A stretch of DNA of 64,000 bases from Vulcanimicrobiota bacterium (GTDB lineage: Bacteria > Vulcanimicrobiota > Vulcanimicrobiia > Eremiobacterales > Eremiobacteraceae): contig CAWDVP010000003.1 of the NCBI GenBank assembly GCA_963805945.1, positions 128,001 through 192,000 on the forward strand, in the 5' to 3' direction. Positions 1-9,451 of the stretch are shown here, one piece after another. The notes under the pieces are model-generated. The model was not told the origin of the DNA. It searched no databases and saw only the letters and a program-made list of their open reading frames with translations. The position numbers and the translations under genes were made by a program. Within the stretch, counting starts at the first letter, position 1. Every line of letters starts with the position of its first letter.

Positions 1-438
1 TCGCCAAGCGGAGGCCGGGTCACCGTGACCCAGCCGCAAGGCGCTGCCTTCGTCTCGCCGTATCTGCTCTTCCCCGCGCGCAATGGCGCGCAGCGGCTTG
101 ATCTCTTCGCGGTGCCGCCGCTGCACCGCACCGTCAACGTCGTCTACTACGATTCGTACCGCGACGACTCGCGCCACATCTCGATCCCGTCGCCGTTCGT
201 GATCGTCCAAGTCGCCGAAGAGAACGGCGGCGAGCTCTTCCGCGGTGCGACGGTGAGCGGCAAGACCATCCACGGCGGCGGCGTGAACCTCACCTTTTTG
301 ATCGGCCGGTATCCGCTCGTGATGCTCGGATCCGCGCCTGCCACGCTGCCATATATCGCGGGTCTGCTGATGCTGGTGGCAGGGCTTACCGGCCACATCA
401 TCACCGTGCTGCGCGCACCGCAGCGGGCGAAAGCATGA
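1..438 (+). CDS. Hypothetical membrane protein, probably 5'-truncated by the window edge
   Basis: ORF with GC3-rich codon usage and a C-terminal hydrophobic helix (LPYIAGLLMLVAGL). Its stop overlaps the next start (ATGA at 435-438). Confidence 0.55.
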   Translation, partial: SPSGGRVTVTQPQGAAFVSPYLLFPARNGAQRLDLFAVPPLHRTVNVVYYDSYRDDSRHISIPSPFVIVQVAEENGGELFRGATVSGKTIHGGGVNLTFLIGRYPLVMLGSAPATLPYIAGLLMLVAGLTGHIITVLRAPQRAKA

Positions 439-2033
439 CGTCCGCATTCGCGCGGTTCGGCGTCCTGCTATCGGCGCTCGCCGCGCTCGCGCTGCCGTCG
501 GCGGCTCATGCCTCGCTCGAGTCGCCGCCTGAGGGCTTGCGCCGCACCACGCTGACGCTGAGCGACGTGCTCATGCGCTACAGCCAAGCGCTCGGGGCGG
601 CGTCGCACGAGACGCGCTTCGAGCAGTGGCACGTGAGCGAGGGCGGGTTGTCCGGCACCTATGTCGAGCGGACGGAAGGGCTCGAGTACGCGGACCGGCT
701 GGAACTCGGGCCGTTCGTCACCATGACCGGCAGGCATCAAGGGCAGGGTTGGAGCCAGGACGAGAACGGACTGACCGTGCTGCGGCAAGACATCCATCAG
801 CGCACGACGATCAGCGAGCGCGCGGTGGAGTACGCGCTCGATCATCCCGAGGCGCCCGGTCAAGGTATCGAACTGCTCGGAGAATCATCAGCGCCTGTCG
901 ATGCGTTCGTGGTCCAGATCCATCCGTCGGGCGGCCGTCTGGTATGGCTGTTCTTCGACGCCGGCAGCGGGCTGATCGACCGTGAGGAGAGCGTCGTCGC
1001 GGAGCGGCGCGTCGTGACGACCTACGACGATTTCCGGCGCGTCGGCGACACCACGCAGGCATGGCATCATCATGTGAGCGACGGCAGTCCGAATAACGAC
1101 GAGGACTGGACGCTGATCTCGCTGCGCTTCGACGAGCCGATCGCCGCGACGGAGTTCGAGATCCCCGCTGACCGGCGCGCGCTTGTGGAATTCCCCGCTG
1201 GGCAGACCTCTGTCCGGCTGCCTGCGCGCATCGTCAACGGCAAGGTGATCGTGCGGCTCACGGTGGCGGGCCGGGGCTTGGACTTCCTGCTCGACTCCGG
1301 CGCGAGCGACATCGTGTTCGACGCGAGCGTCGCGACGTCGATGCACCTGCAACAGTACGGCAGGACGACGCAGGAGATCGCCGGGCGCTTCGACCGCTCG
1401 CGCGCGATCATACCGGAGATACGCGTCGGTGATCTCCAGATGCACGACGTCGTCGTGTCGACGATCCCGTTCGAGCTGGCGTCCAATCCGGACACCAAGG
1501 TGGTCGGATTGCTGGGCTTCGATTTCTTCAAGGATGCCGTGGTGCGCGTGGATTATCACGCGGGCCGGGTGGACGCTTACGAACCGGCGCATTTCAGCCC
1601 GCCGGACGGTTCCTATACGCTGCCCGTGGCGCTTGACGACGGCGTGCCGCTGGTGAGCGCGGAGATCGGGGGCGCGCGTGGAGATCACTTCATCCTCGAC
1701 ACCGGCTCCTCGTTCACCATCCTGTTCTCCGCCTTTGCGGCGGACCACCCGCAGGCGGTGCGGGCCACTGGGATCCTCGGGCTCGGCGACGCCGCCCGCG
1801 AGCCGGTGGCGGGCGTCGGCGTCGGCGGCCTGATCAGCCTCACGCCGGGCGTCGTCAAGGTGATGCGCTTCGGCGGGGCGGAGTTCGACGACGTGCCGGT
1901 GTACGTCACGCGATCATCCCGCGCGCTCGAGCGCGAGGATGAGGACGGGCTGATCGGCGCGCCGACGCTGCAGCGCTTCGTGGTCTATTTCGACTACGCG
2001 CGCGGCCGCGTCGATCTTATCGCCGCGACCTGA
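435..2033 (+). CDS. Secreted aspartyl protease family protein with two retropepsin-like domains
   Basis: Signal peptide; two catalytic-type motifs FLLDSGAS and FILDTGSS, each followed by a GLLG/GLIG motif. Confidence 0.85.
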   Translation: MTSAFARFGVLLSALAALALPSAAHASLESPPEGLRRTTLTLSDVLMRYSQALGAASHETRFEQWHVSEGGLSGTYVERTEGLEYADRLELGPFVTMTGRHQGQGWSQDENGLTVLRQDIHQRTTISERAVEYALDHPEAPGQGIELLGESSAPVDAFVVQIHPSGGRLVWLFFDAGSGLIDREESVVAERRVVTTYDDFRRVGDTTQAWHHHVSDGSPNNDEDWTLISLRFDEPIAATEFEIPADRRALVEFPAGQTSVRLPARIVNGKVIVRLTVAGRGLDFLLDSGASDIVFDASVATSMHLQQYGRTTQEIAGRFDRSRAIIPEIRVGDLQMHDVVVSTIPFELASNPDTKVVGLLGFDFFKDAVVRVDYHAGRVDAYEPAHFSPPDGSYTLPVALDDGVPLVSAEIGGARGDHFILDTGSSFTILFSAFAADHPQAVRATGILGLGDAAREPVAGVGVGGLISLTPGVVKVMRFGGAEFDDVPVYVTRSSRALEREDEDGLIGAPTLQRFVVYFDYARGRVDLIAAT

Positions 2034-2041
2034 CCGCGACC

Positions 2042-2068
2042 TATGGAGCGGTCGAATTCATTCGACCG
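2042..2068 (+). repeat. REP-like palindrome (GGAG variant)
   Basis: TATGGAG-CGGTCGAA-TTCA-TTCGACCG; near-identical copy at 23106. Confidence 0.85.
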
Positions 2069-2082
2069 CAAGGAGACCTCGA

Positions 2083-3289
2083 ATGCCGAAGTCCGTTGCC
2101 TCTCGCACGATCGTCAGCGCCAAACTGCTCGTGCCGAGCGCGCGCGGCAAAGCGCTGACCGCAGCCGCCGTGCTCATCGAAGACAGGCGCATCAAGGCGA
2201 TCGGGCCGCGCGCGCGGATCGAGCGGCTCGCGCGGGGCGCGACGAGGATCGACGCGTCGCGCTTCACCATCATGCCGGGCATGATCAACCTGCACGCCCA
2301 CCTCGATTCGGATTGCGGTCCCGACTTCTTGGTCTCCGCGATCATGCTCAGCGAACAGGCGTCGGTGCTCCTGTCGGTGGACAGCGCGCGCCGCACTTTG
2401 AGCGCAGGCGTCACGACCGTGCGCGACCTCGGCACGAAATACGCCTGCTGCCATCGCGGTGCGCGACGCGATCGCGCACGGCTGGGTGACAGGGCCGCGT
2501 ATCCTGTCGGCGGGCAAGCTGGTGTGCATGACCGGCGGACACGGCTGGTTCATCGGCCACGAGTCCGACGGACCCGACGAGATCCGCAAGAGCGTGCGGC
2601 AGAACCTGAAGCGCGGCGCCGACTGCATCAAGGTGATCGCCACCGGCGGCGTGCTGTCGCCGGGCGTCGAGGTGGGCGCGTCGCAGCTCGACCCCGACGA
2701 ATTGGAGATGGCCGTGCGCGAGGCGCACAAGGCCGACCGCCGCGTCGCCGCACACGCCATCGGCAACCAGGGCATCAAGAACGCGCTGCGCGCGGGCGTC
2801 GACACGATCGAGCATGGCTGCTATCTCGACGCCGAGGCTATCGCGTTGTTCAAGAAGCACGGCGCGACCTACGTGCCGACGCTGTGCGCGCCGCATTTCC
2901 TCATGGCGAACCTCGACGTGGTGCCGCCGCATGTGGTGCGCAAGACGAAGCAGGTGTACGACGCGCATCGCGAGAGCTTCAGGCTGGCGCTGCGCAAGGG
3001 CGTCACCATCGCCGCCGGCACGGATGCCGGCACGCCGTTCAATTACCATGACGCGTTCGCCACGGAGCTCGAGCTCATGACCGGGCTCGGCATGAGCCGC
3101 GAGGCCGCGCTCGACGCCGCGACCGCCGGCGCGGCGAAGGCGGCGGGTCTCGCCGATGCCGGCACGCTGGCAGAAGGCATGTCCGCCGACCTGGTGCTGC
3201 TCGAGGGCGATCCGCGCAAGGATATCTCCGCGACGAAGCGCGTGCGCGGCGTGATGGTGCGCGGCGCGTTCAGCTGGACGGGGGCGTAG
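2083..3289 (+). CDS. Amidohydrolase family protein (Xaa-Pro dipeptidase-like), frameshift near 2445
   Basis: MPGMINLHAH, GVTTVRDLG in the first frame; IKVIATGG, VAAHAIG, TIEHG, AGTDAG in the second frame. The two halves are contiguous. Confidence 0.88.
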
Positions 3290-4924
3290 GTGCGATATCT
3301 GGTCATCGTGCTGGCAGCCGCGGCGCTGCTGAGCGGCTGCACGAAGATATCCACCAGCACCGGGCCGGGGACCGGCGGCAACCCATGGACGCATCATGGC
3401 GTCTTGCGCATGGGGTCGTACGAGGATCTCGACAACCTCAATCCGATACTGTCGACCGAGCTCTTCGTCACCGATGTGTGCCAGCTGATCTATTCCGGTC
3501 TCATCGACTATGACGATCACGGCGAGGCCATTCCCGACGTGGCGCTGGCCGTGCCGAGCCGCGCCAACGGCGGGATTTCGGCGGACGGCACGACGATCGT
3601 CTACCATCTGCGTCACGGCGTCACGTTCTCCGACGGCGTGCCGCTGACGTCGGCGGACGTCAAGTACACGTGGCAGCAGATCGTGAACACGAAGAACAAC
3701 GCCGCCACGCGCTATCCATACGAAGTCATCGCCGGCGTGGACACGCCCGACGCGTACACGGTCGTCGTGCATCTGCGCGAACCGTTCTCGCCCTTCGTCG
3801 GCTACTTCATGCGCAACGGCACGGTCGGCTCCATCCTGCCGAAGCATGTGCTCGCGTCCTATCCTGATCTCAACCGCATCCCGTTCAATATCCATCCGGT
3901 CGGCAGCGGTCCTTTCGTCGTCGACCGCTGGCAGCCGGGCGTTCAGCTCAGCTTGAGCGCGAACCCGAACTACTGGCGCGGCCGGCCGAAGCTCAAGCGG
4001 ATCGAGTATCGCATCATCCCCAATCAGAACACGCTGCTCACGCAGATGGGCACGCATGAGGTCGACTTCTACTTCCTCGCGCCGGAAGCGCAGTATTCAC
4101 AGCTCAAGCAGATGCAAGGGGTGCGCGTGACCGCGCGGCCCAACCTGACCTTCGAGCACATCAACTTCAACTGCGTGAAGCCGCCGCTCGACGATATCCG
4201 CGTGCGCCAGGCGATCGCCTATGCGATCGATTGGAACCGGCTGCGCGACGACGTATACCTCGGGCTCGGTGCGCAGGGCATGTCGGACATCTGGCCGACC
4301 TCGTGGGCGTATGCCGCGGACGTCCTACCCTACCCGCACGATCCGGCCCGCGCACGTTCGCTGCTGGCGGCGGCCGGCTGGCAGCCCGACGGCAAGGGCG
4401 GGCTCGTAAAGAACGGCGAGACGTTCGCGATCACGATCAGTACGGTGGCCGGCGTGACGTCGCGCGCCAAGGCCGAACTGCTCATCCAGCAGGACCTCAA
4501 GGCGGTGGGCATCGACCTGAGCGTCCACAACAATCCGGCCAACATCTTGTTCGCGCCGTACGGCGCCGGCGGCATGCTCGCACGCGGCCAATTCGACATC
4601 GCGCTCTTCGCCTGGAGCTACGGCGTGCCGGAGCCCGATGACACGCAGACGCTTGGCGCCGACCAGATCCCGCCGGCGGGCGAGAACTACACGTTCTGCG
4701 CGGATCCGGTGCTCGACGCGATGCAGAAAGGCGCGCGCACCCACTACGATCGCGCGACGCGGCGCTCGTACCTGGTGCGCTTGCAGCAGCGCGAACACGA
4801 GCTCGTGCCGCGTTACACCATCGTGTGGCGCGCGAACATCAACGCGGTGAACTCAGATATGAAGAACTTCAAGCCGGCCCCGGCGGTGAGCGACTTCTGG
4901 AATTCCTGGGAGTGGGATATCTAG
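3290..4924 (+). CDS. Peptide/nickel ABC transporter substrate-binding lipoprotein (family 5)
   Basis: Lipobox LSGC; LRHGVTFSDG, PVGSGPF, NPNYWRG; C-terminal WNSWEW. Confidence 0.92.
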   Translation: MRYLVIVLAAAALLSGCTKISTSTGPGTGGNPWTHHGVLRMGSYEDLDNLNPILSTELFVTDVCQLIYSGLIDYDDHGEAIPDVALAVPSRANGGISADGTTIVYHLRHGVTFSDGVPLTSADVKYTWQQIVNTKNNAATRYPYEVIAGVDTPDAYTVVVHLREPFSPFVGYFMRNGTVGSILPKHVLASYPDLNRIPFNIHPVGSGPFVVDRWQPGVQLSLSANPNYWRGRPKLKRIEYRIIPNQNTLLTQMGTHEVDFYFLAPEAQYSQLKQMQGVRVTARPNLTFEHINFNCVKPPLDDIRVRQAIAYAIDWNRLRDDVYLGLGAQGMSDIWPTSWAYAADVLPYPHDPARARSLLAAAGWQPDGKGGLVKNGETFAITISTVAGVTSRAKAELLIQQDLKAVGIDLSVHNNPANILFAPYGAGGMLARGQFDIALFAWSYGVPEPDDTQTLGADQIPPAGENYTFCADPVLDAMQKGARTHYDRATRRSYLVRLQQREHELVPRYTIVWRANINAVNSDMKNFKPAPAVSDFWNSWEWDI

Positions 4925-4929
4925 CCGGA

Positions 4930-5973
4930 CTACATCACCAGCGCGAGCTTGCCGAGGAACTCACCCGTCACCAAGCGCTCAAAGGCCTTGCGGCCCTGGT
5001 CCAGCGGATACTCCGCGTCGATGACCGGTTTGATGCCCGCGCGTTCGACGAAGCGCAGCAACGCCGCGAACTCGAGCGGCGATCCCATGCTCGTGCCCGC
5101 GATCGTGATCTGACGCCAGAAGACGCGCGCGAGATCGGCGGGCGGATTCGGCCCGCCGGTCGCGCCGGGGACGACGACCGTGCCGCCCTGGCGCACGCAA
5201 CGCATGCTCGTTCCCCACGTAGGCTCGCCGACCGAATCGATGACCGCGTCGACGCCGTCGCCTCCCGTGAGCTTGAGCACGGCCTTTGCGGCCTCTTTGC
5301 CGGCGAGCAACCCTGCGATTGCGCCCTGGCGCTTGGCGAATTCGAGCTTGGCCTCCGAGCGCGACGAAGCGATCGCGTTGATGCCGGCAGCCGCGGCGAG
5401 CTCGATCGCCGCGGTGGCCAACCCGCCGCTTGCGCCCTGCACGAGCACCCAGCCGCCTGGCCGCAGCTGCGCTTTGTTGAACAGCGCGCGATACGCGGTG
5501 AGGTACGTCGTGCCGAGCGCCGCGGTCTGCGAGAACGAGAGCGCTTTCGGCTTGGGCAGCACCGCAGAGGCCGGCACGACGACGTATTCAGCGAAGGACC
5601 CTTCTCTGTCGCCGTCGCTGAGCAGCGTGAAGGTGCGGCACAGCATGAGGTCGCCGCCCTGGCAGCCGCGACAGTGCCCGCAGAATCGTACGGGGTAGAC
5701 CGCGACCTCCGCGCCGACGGGCGGTGCGCCCTCGGGCGGGTCGCCGCCGTACGCCTCGACGATGCCCGCGGCGTCGCAGCCGAGTATGCGCGGGGGCGTG
5801 ATCGGGTAACCGACGACGCCGCGCAGCGTGAAATAATCGTGATGGTTCACCGTCGCAGCGCGCACCCGGACCAGGGCCTCGCCGGGGCCAGGCCGCGGGG
5901 CGGGCCGCTCGCCGAACTCGAGATTCGCGAGCGGCGCGTCGCCGCCCAACGCGGTGGCATACAGAGCGCGCAT
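4930..5973 (-). CDS. Zinc-binding alcohol dehydrogenase (MDR family)
   Basis: Start MRALYA at 5973; structural Zn motif CGHCRGC...C; QGASGG nucleotide-binding loop; GKLAL C-terminus. Confidence 0.9.
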   Translation of the reverse strand: MRALYATALGGDAPLANLEFGERPAPRPGPGEALVRVRAATVNHHDYFTLRGVVGYPITPPRILGCDAAGIVEAYGGDPPEGAPPVGAEVAVYPVRFCGHCRGCQGGDLMLCRTFTLLSDGDREGSFAEYVVVPASAVLPKPKALSFSQTAALGTTYLTAYRALFNKAQLRPGGWVLVQGASGGLATAAIELAAAAGINAIASSRSEAKLEFAKRQGAIAGLLAGKEAAKAVLKLTGGDGVDAVIDSVGEPTWGTSMRCVRQGGTVVVPGATGGPNPPADLARVFWRQITIAGTSMGSPLEFAALLRFVERAGIKPVIDAEYPLDQGRKAFERLVTGEFLGKLALVM

Positions 5974-5974
5974 C

Positions 5975-7291
5975 CTATGGAGACCTCCGTGGTGCGATGA
6001 GGACGTTGGTCGGATAGCCGCATGTCGGCGCCGGTTCGCCGATGCGCCGGAGCGTGTGGGTGTCGAAGACGTCGACGCGATCGTCACGGGCGCTGGGCAC
6101 GTACAGCCGGCCGGCGTCGGCGTCCACCTTCGGAGTCCAGGGAAGTCTCCCCGTGGGCAGCGCGGCGATGCGCCGCATCGTGGGCAGCTCGAAGACGATG
6201 ACGTTGGAATCGCCCTCGTTAGTGACGAAGAGCCGGCCGGCACGGGAATCCACGGCCGCGCCGATGGGCAGCGCGTTCTTCGACCCGGTATCCACCGACC
6301 CGCCCAGCCGCAACAGCGACGGCAGCGCGAACATCTCGACGCCGGAGTGGGAGCGGGCGCCGCTCAGGTACGGCGTGTCGTTGTCGGTGACGAAGAGCAG
6401 GCGTCGCGTCGCGTCGAGCGCGATGCCGAACGGGCGCGTGCCTGTGGCGACCCGATCGATGATGCGCGCGCCGCCCCGGCCGTCGAACGAATATCGCAAC
6501 ACCTCATCGCTGTTGATGTTGGTCACGTAGAAGATGCGCCCGCCCGGTTCGGCGACGATCCCCTCGGGCGTCTCGCCTGCGGCGACCGAGCCTGCGGCGA
6601 GCGGCCGGCCATCGACGATGCGGAAGAAGAAGACGCCCGGCGCGCCCTTCGCCGCGAGATTGTCGGTCACCGCGAAATAGCCGCCGGCTAGCGCGGCCGC
6701 GCCACTGAAGCGCGAACCCTGCATCGGCTCCGACGGCGTGGCGCGCATCGTGCGCAGGTCCACCGCCATCACGCGTTCTTTCGCCGCGACGAGCACGAGT
6801 CCGCGCTGCGCGTCGACCGCCATCCCTGCGGGCAGCTCGGGCGCGAGCAGCATGCCGCTGCGCCGCAATGAGGCGGCCTCACGGACGTCGAGCGATGCTT
6901 CTTCATAACACGAGACGAGTACGAGGGGCACATCAGGCGGGGCACTGTCGACGCGGACGCGAGCCGACGCGGCGACCGCTCCGGCCTGCGCGACGACCGT
7001 CACCGCCCCGCTCGCCTCCAGGGGCGCTGCGTAGACGCCGCTCTCCGAGATCGTGCCCGGGCCGACCACGCTCCAACGCACGGGCGCTTTGCCGTCACCG
7101 CCGACGAGCGTCGCATGCATCGCGATCGACGAGCCCGCGAACACCGACGCGTCGGCGGGCGAGATCTCGATGCGCGTCGGCAGCGAGAGCGCATGCTGCT
7201 GCGCGACGTAGGCGGAGAGACCGGCGCTGATGACGACGGCGACCCCGAGACCGACGAGAGCCGGCTTCAGCGAACCAGTCCGACGACGCAC
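5975..7291 (-). CDS. Membrane-anchored Ig-like plus YncE-type beta-propeller protein
   Basis: N-terminal TM segment; Ig-like segment (VRWSV..GTIS..GVY.AP); repeated propeller blades (GETPEGI, GTRPFGI, RLFVTN, RLYV). Confidence 0.75.
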   Translation of the reverse strand: MRRRTGSLKPALVGLGVAVVISAGLSAYVAQQHALSLPTRIEISPADASVFAGSSIAMHATLVGGDGKAPVRWSVVGPGTISESGVYAAPLEASGAVTVVAQAGAVAASARVRVDSAPPDVPLVLVSCYEEASLDVREAASLRRSGMLLAPELPAGMAVDAQRGLVLVAAKERVMAVDLRTMRATPSEPMQGSRFSGAAALAGGYFAVTDNLAAKGAPGVFFFRIVDGRPLAAGSVAAGETPEGIVAEPGGRIFYVTNINSDEVLRYSFDGRGGARIIDRVATGTRPFGIALDATRRLLFVTDNDTPYLSGARSHSGVEMFALPSLLRLGGSVDTGSKNALPIGAAVDSRAGRLFVTNEGDSNVIVFELPTMRRIAALPTGRLPWTPKVDADAGRLYVPSARDDRVDVFDTHTLRRIGEPAPTCGYPTNVLIAPRRSP

Positions 7292-7917
7292 GATACGATG
7301 GCCGCGGTGCCGACGATGGCGCCGACCACGAGCAGCGCGGGCCGTTTCGCCATCACCGCGATCGACGCGAGCACGATGGAGACCTGGAACAAGGCGACGG
7401 CGATGTCGAACGCGAGCTTCTTGCGCTCGGTGACGCGCATCTGGTCCAACAGATCCGATCGTTCAGCTTCGAACTGTCGCGCTTGTGTCCCCAAGGCCAC
7501 CTGGCGCGTGCGGTACTTGCGCTGCTCGGCGTCGAAGCGAGCGCGGATGGCGGCGGTCGCCGCGACCACAGAGAATTCGGAGGCGAGATGCGCCTTGAGG
7601 CTGTCGGCCTGGTATTCCGCCCACGTGTCCGATGCTTTGGTCTGGGCGAGCACCGCTTCGTTGCCGTGTTGCAGCAGGGAATCGGCAAGCCTGCCACCGT
7701 AGAGGCTCGACAGGCCCGCCGCAACGGCAAGGATGGCGACGGCCAAGGGGACATAGCGGAGCGACTCGTGCGGCACGCCCTCCTTTTCGAGGAGTTCGCG
7801 CGCGTGCTCGGCGTGTTCCAGACCTTCGTGGGCGAGATAGTCAGGCACGGCCGGCTCTAGTTCGGGCGCTGGGCTTGCCTGGCCTTCGAGGGGCCGGCGG
7901 GGACGAGCGGGGTTCAT
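7267..7917 (-). CDS. DUF4337-like membrane protein
   Basis: TM helix, ASDTWAEYQADSLK motif, coiled coil, then LFQVSIVLASIA and two C-terminal TM helices. Confidence 0.75.
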   Translation of the reverse strand: MNPARPRRPLEGQASPAPELEPAVPDYLAHEGLEHAEHARELLEKEGVPHESLRYVPLAVAILAVAAGLSSLYGGRLADSLLQHGNEAVLAQTKASDTWAEYQADSLKAHLASEFSVVAATAAIRARFDAEQRKYRTRQVALGTQARQFEAERSDLLDQMRVTERKKLAFDIAVALFQVSIVLASIAVMAKRPALLVVGAIVGTAAIVSCVVGLVR

Positions 7918-7994
7918 CCGTGATGCGCCGCACGCCCGAGTTTGCCGATACACACTATACTAATACCACCGACCCGTCCGAGGTGAGCTGACCG

Positions 7995-8486
7995 ATGAAC
8001 AACCTCCTCCGATCCGTCCTCTGCCTGGCGTTCGTCGCCGTCCTGGCGGCGCCGGCGCTGGCAGCGCCGAAGGTCGCTCCCGCTGACGAGTACTTCGGAA
8101 AATTGAAGATCAGCGCGCTCGGCATCGACAACATGATCCGCGACACCGACGTGCGCGAGTCGTTCGACCCCACTCAGGCTTCGCGGCTCTACGGCGCGCT
8201 CATGAACGCCGAGGACGCGCTGCTCGATTGGGCGAGCAAGTACCCGCAGGACTCGTGGATCCCCAAGCGCGCCTATCTCTTGTCGCACCTCTTCTGGCGG
8301 ATGAACACGCCCGAGGCGACGGCTGCGGCGGAGAAATGCCGCGGCGTGATCTTCAAGTATTTTCCCACGAACCATTACGCCGCGCTTGCCAAGAGCGAGA
8401 CGGCAAGCTCCTTCCTGGCCTCCCTGACGTCGTCGACGGCAGCGATCTCAAGTCCGTCGCCGCAGCCCGCTCCCACCACTAAATAA
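7995..8486 (+). CDS. Secreted hypothetical protein, 'APADEYFG' family paralog 1
   Basis: GAGGTG RBS, signal peptide, motifs shared with the ORFs at 8528 and 24130. Confidence 0.8.
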   Translation: MNNLLRSVLCLAFVAVLAAPALAAPKVAPADEYFGKLKISALGIDNMIRDTDVRESFDPTQASRLYGALMNAEDALLDWASKYPQDSWIPKRAYLLSHLFWRMNTPEATAAAEKCRGVIFKYFPTNHYAALAKSETASSFLASLTSSTAAISSPSPQPAPTTK

Positions 8487-8527
8487 AAGCGCGGAGGCCC
8501 TCCACCGGACGGCGCGAAGCACGAGGC

Positions 8528-9100
8528 ATGCGTGTTCCTTTCAGCGCGGCGCTGGCGGCGCTCACGCTCGTGGCGTCGAGCGGCGCGGCCTCGGCGGCGT
8601 CAGCGCCGGTCGACTCCGGGAAATGGCTCGAGATCCAGATCGTCGCTCAGCCGCTGCGCCCGCCCGCGCAGGCGCCGGCCGACGAGTACTTCGGCGTGCA
8701 GCGGCTCAGCAATCTTGGCATCCGCAGCATGCTCCACGATATGATGATCGAGGGGACGTCGCCGCTGGCGCTGCCGCTGCAGATGCAGCGCATAGCGGGC
8801 ATCGAGTCCGCCTTTCCGCCGTGGCTCGAGAAGTATCCCGACGACAGCTGGCTGCCCCGCGAGATGATCGACTTCGCGATCTTCCTCCAAAGCAAGCAGC
8901 AGCCGTTCACCGACGATCTCGCCGCAGGCTATCTAATGTACTTGAGCCTGCGCTTTCCGACAGCGTCCGCCGGCAGGACGGCCGCGAAGATGCTCGCCGC
9001 ATACGAGCCGGTCGCGCCGTTCGACATCTTGACCATTCCGAATCCGGCGCTACACACGAACGTGCCGGACTACATGTTCCCGAAGATCCGCCGCCGCTAA
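8528..9100 (+). CDS. Secreted hypothetical protein, 'APADEYFG' family paralog 2
   Basis: GAGG RBS, signal peptide, APADEYFG...S.LGI...KYPDDSWLP. Confidence 0.8.
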   Translation: MRVPFSAALAALTLVASSGAASAASAPVDSGKWLEIQIVAQPLRPPAQAPADEYFGVQRLSNLGIRSMLHDMMIEGTSPLALPLQMQRIAGIESAFPPWLEKYPDDSWLPREMIDFAIFLQSKQQPFTDDLAAGYLMYLSLRFPTASAGRTAAKMLAAYEPVAPFDILTIPNPALHTNVPDYMFPKIRRR

Positions 9101-9373
9101 GCTTTCCGGGGCGCCGCGTCGAGTCGGTCCTGCGCCTCGGCCGCTCGCCGAATTCGGAAATTAGATATCGGCGGCTGCTTTCGCGCGCTCAGAATCCTCG
9201 GCTTTCAGGACCGGCTCGACCCCCGGCGCCTGCATCGCTAGGTCGCGAAGCTGCCGGAAGCGCCCAAGCCGGGGCGCTGGCGGAGGCGAAAGCCGACGCC
9301 ACCGAGGCGCGGGAGCTTCAAGTATCCCGAATGGAGCGCCGTCCCCGGCGGGGCGCTTCCGGAGCTCGCGACC
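9101..9373. other. Highly structured intergenic element (two long hairpins); candidate ncRNA or MITE-like element
   Basis: GTCGAGTCGGTCCTG pairs with CAGGACCGGCTCGAC (~9118-9220). GGTCGCGA..CCGGAAGCGCCC pairs with GGGCGCTTCCGG..TCGCGACC (~9241-9373). Confidence 0.45.
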
Positions 9374-9398
9374 ACAACGCTGAGAGCCACGATTGGGC

Positions 9399-9431
9399 AA
9401 AAGAAAAGAGCGCCTCCGGAGAGGCGCTCTT
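9399..9431 (-). terminator. Rho-independent terminator of the 9452-10897 gene
   Basis: Perfect 11-bp stem AAGAGCGCCTC-CGGA-GAGGCGCTCTT with a U-rich tail on the minus strand. Confidence 0.85.
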
Positions 9432-9451
9432 CGCGTTGTGCGGGCTTGCGT

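Noticed and set aside
9310..9330. TTCAAGT loop suggesting a tRNA
   Set aside because: No acceptor stem, D arm or anticodon arm with correct spacing; kept only as part of the structured-element finding.
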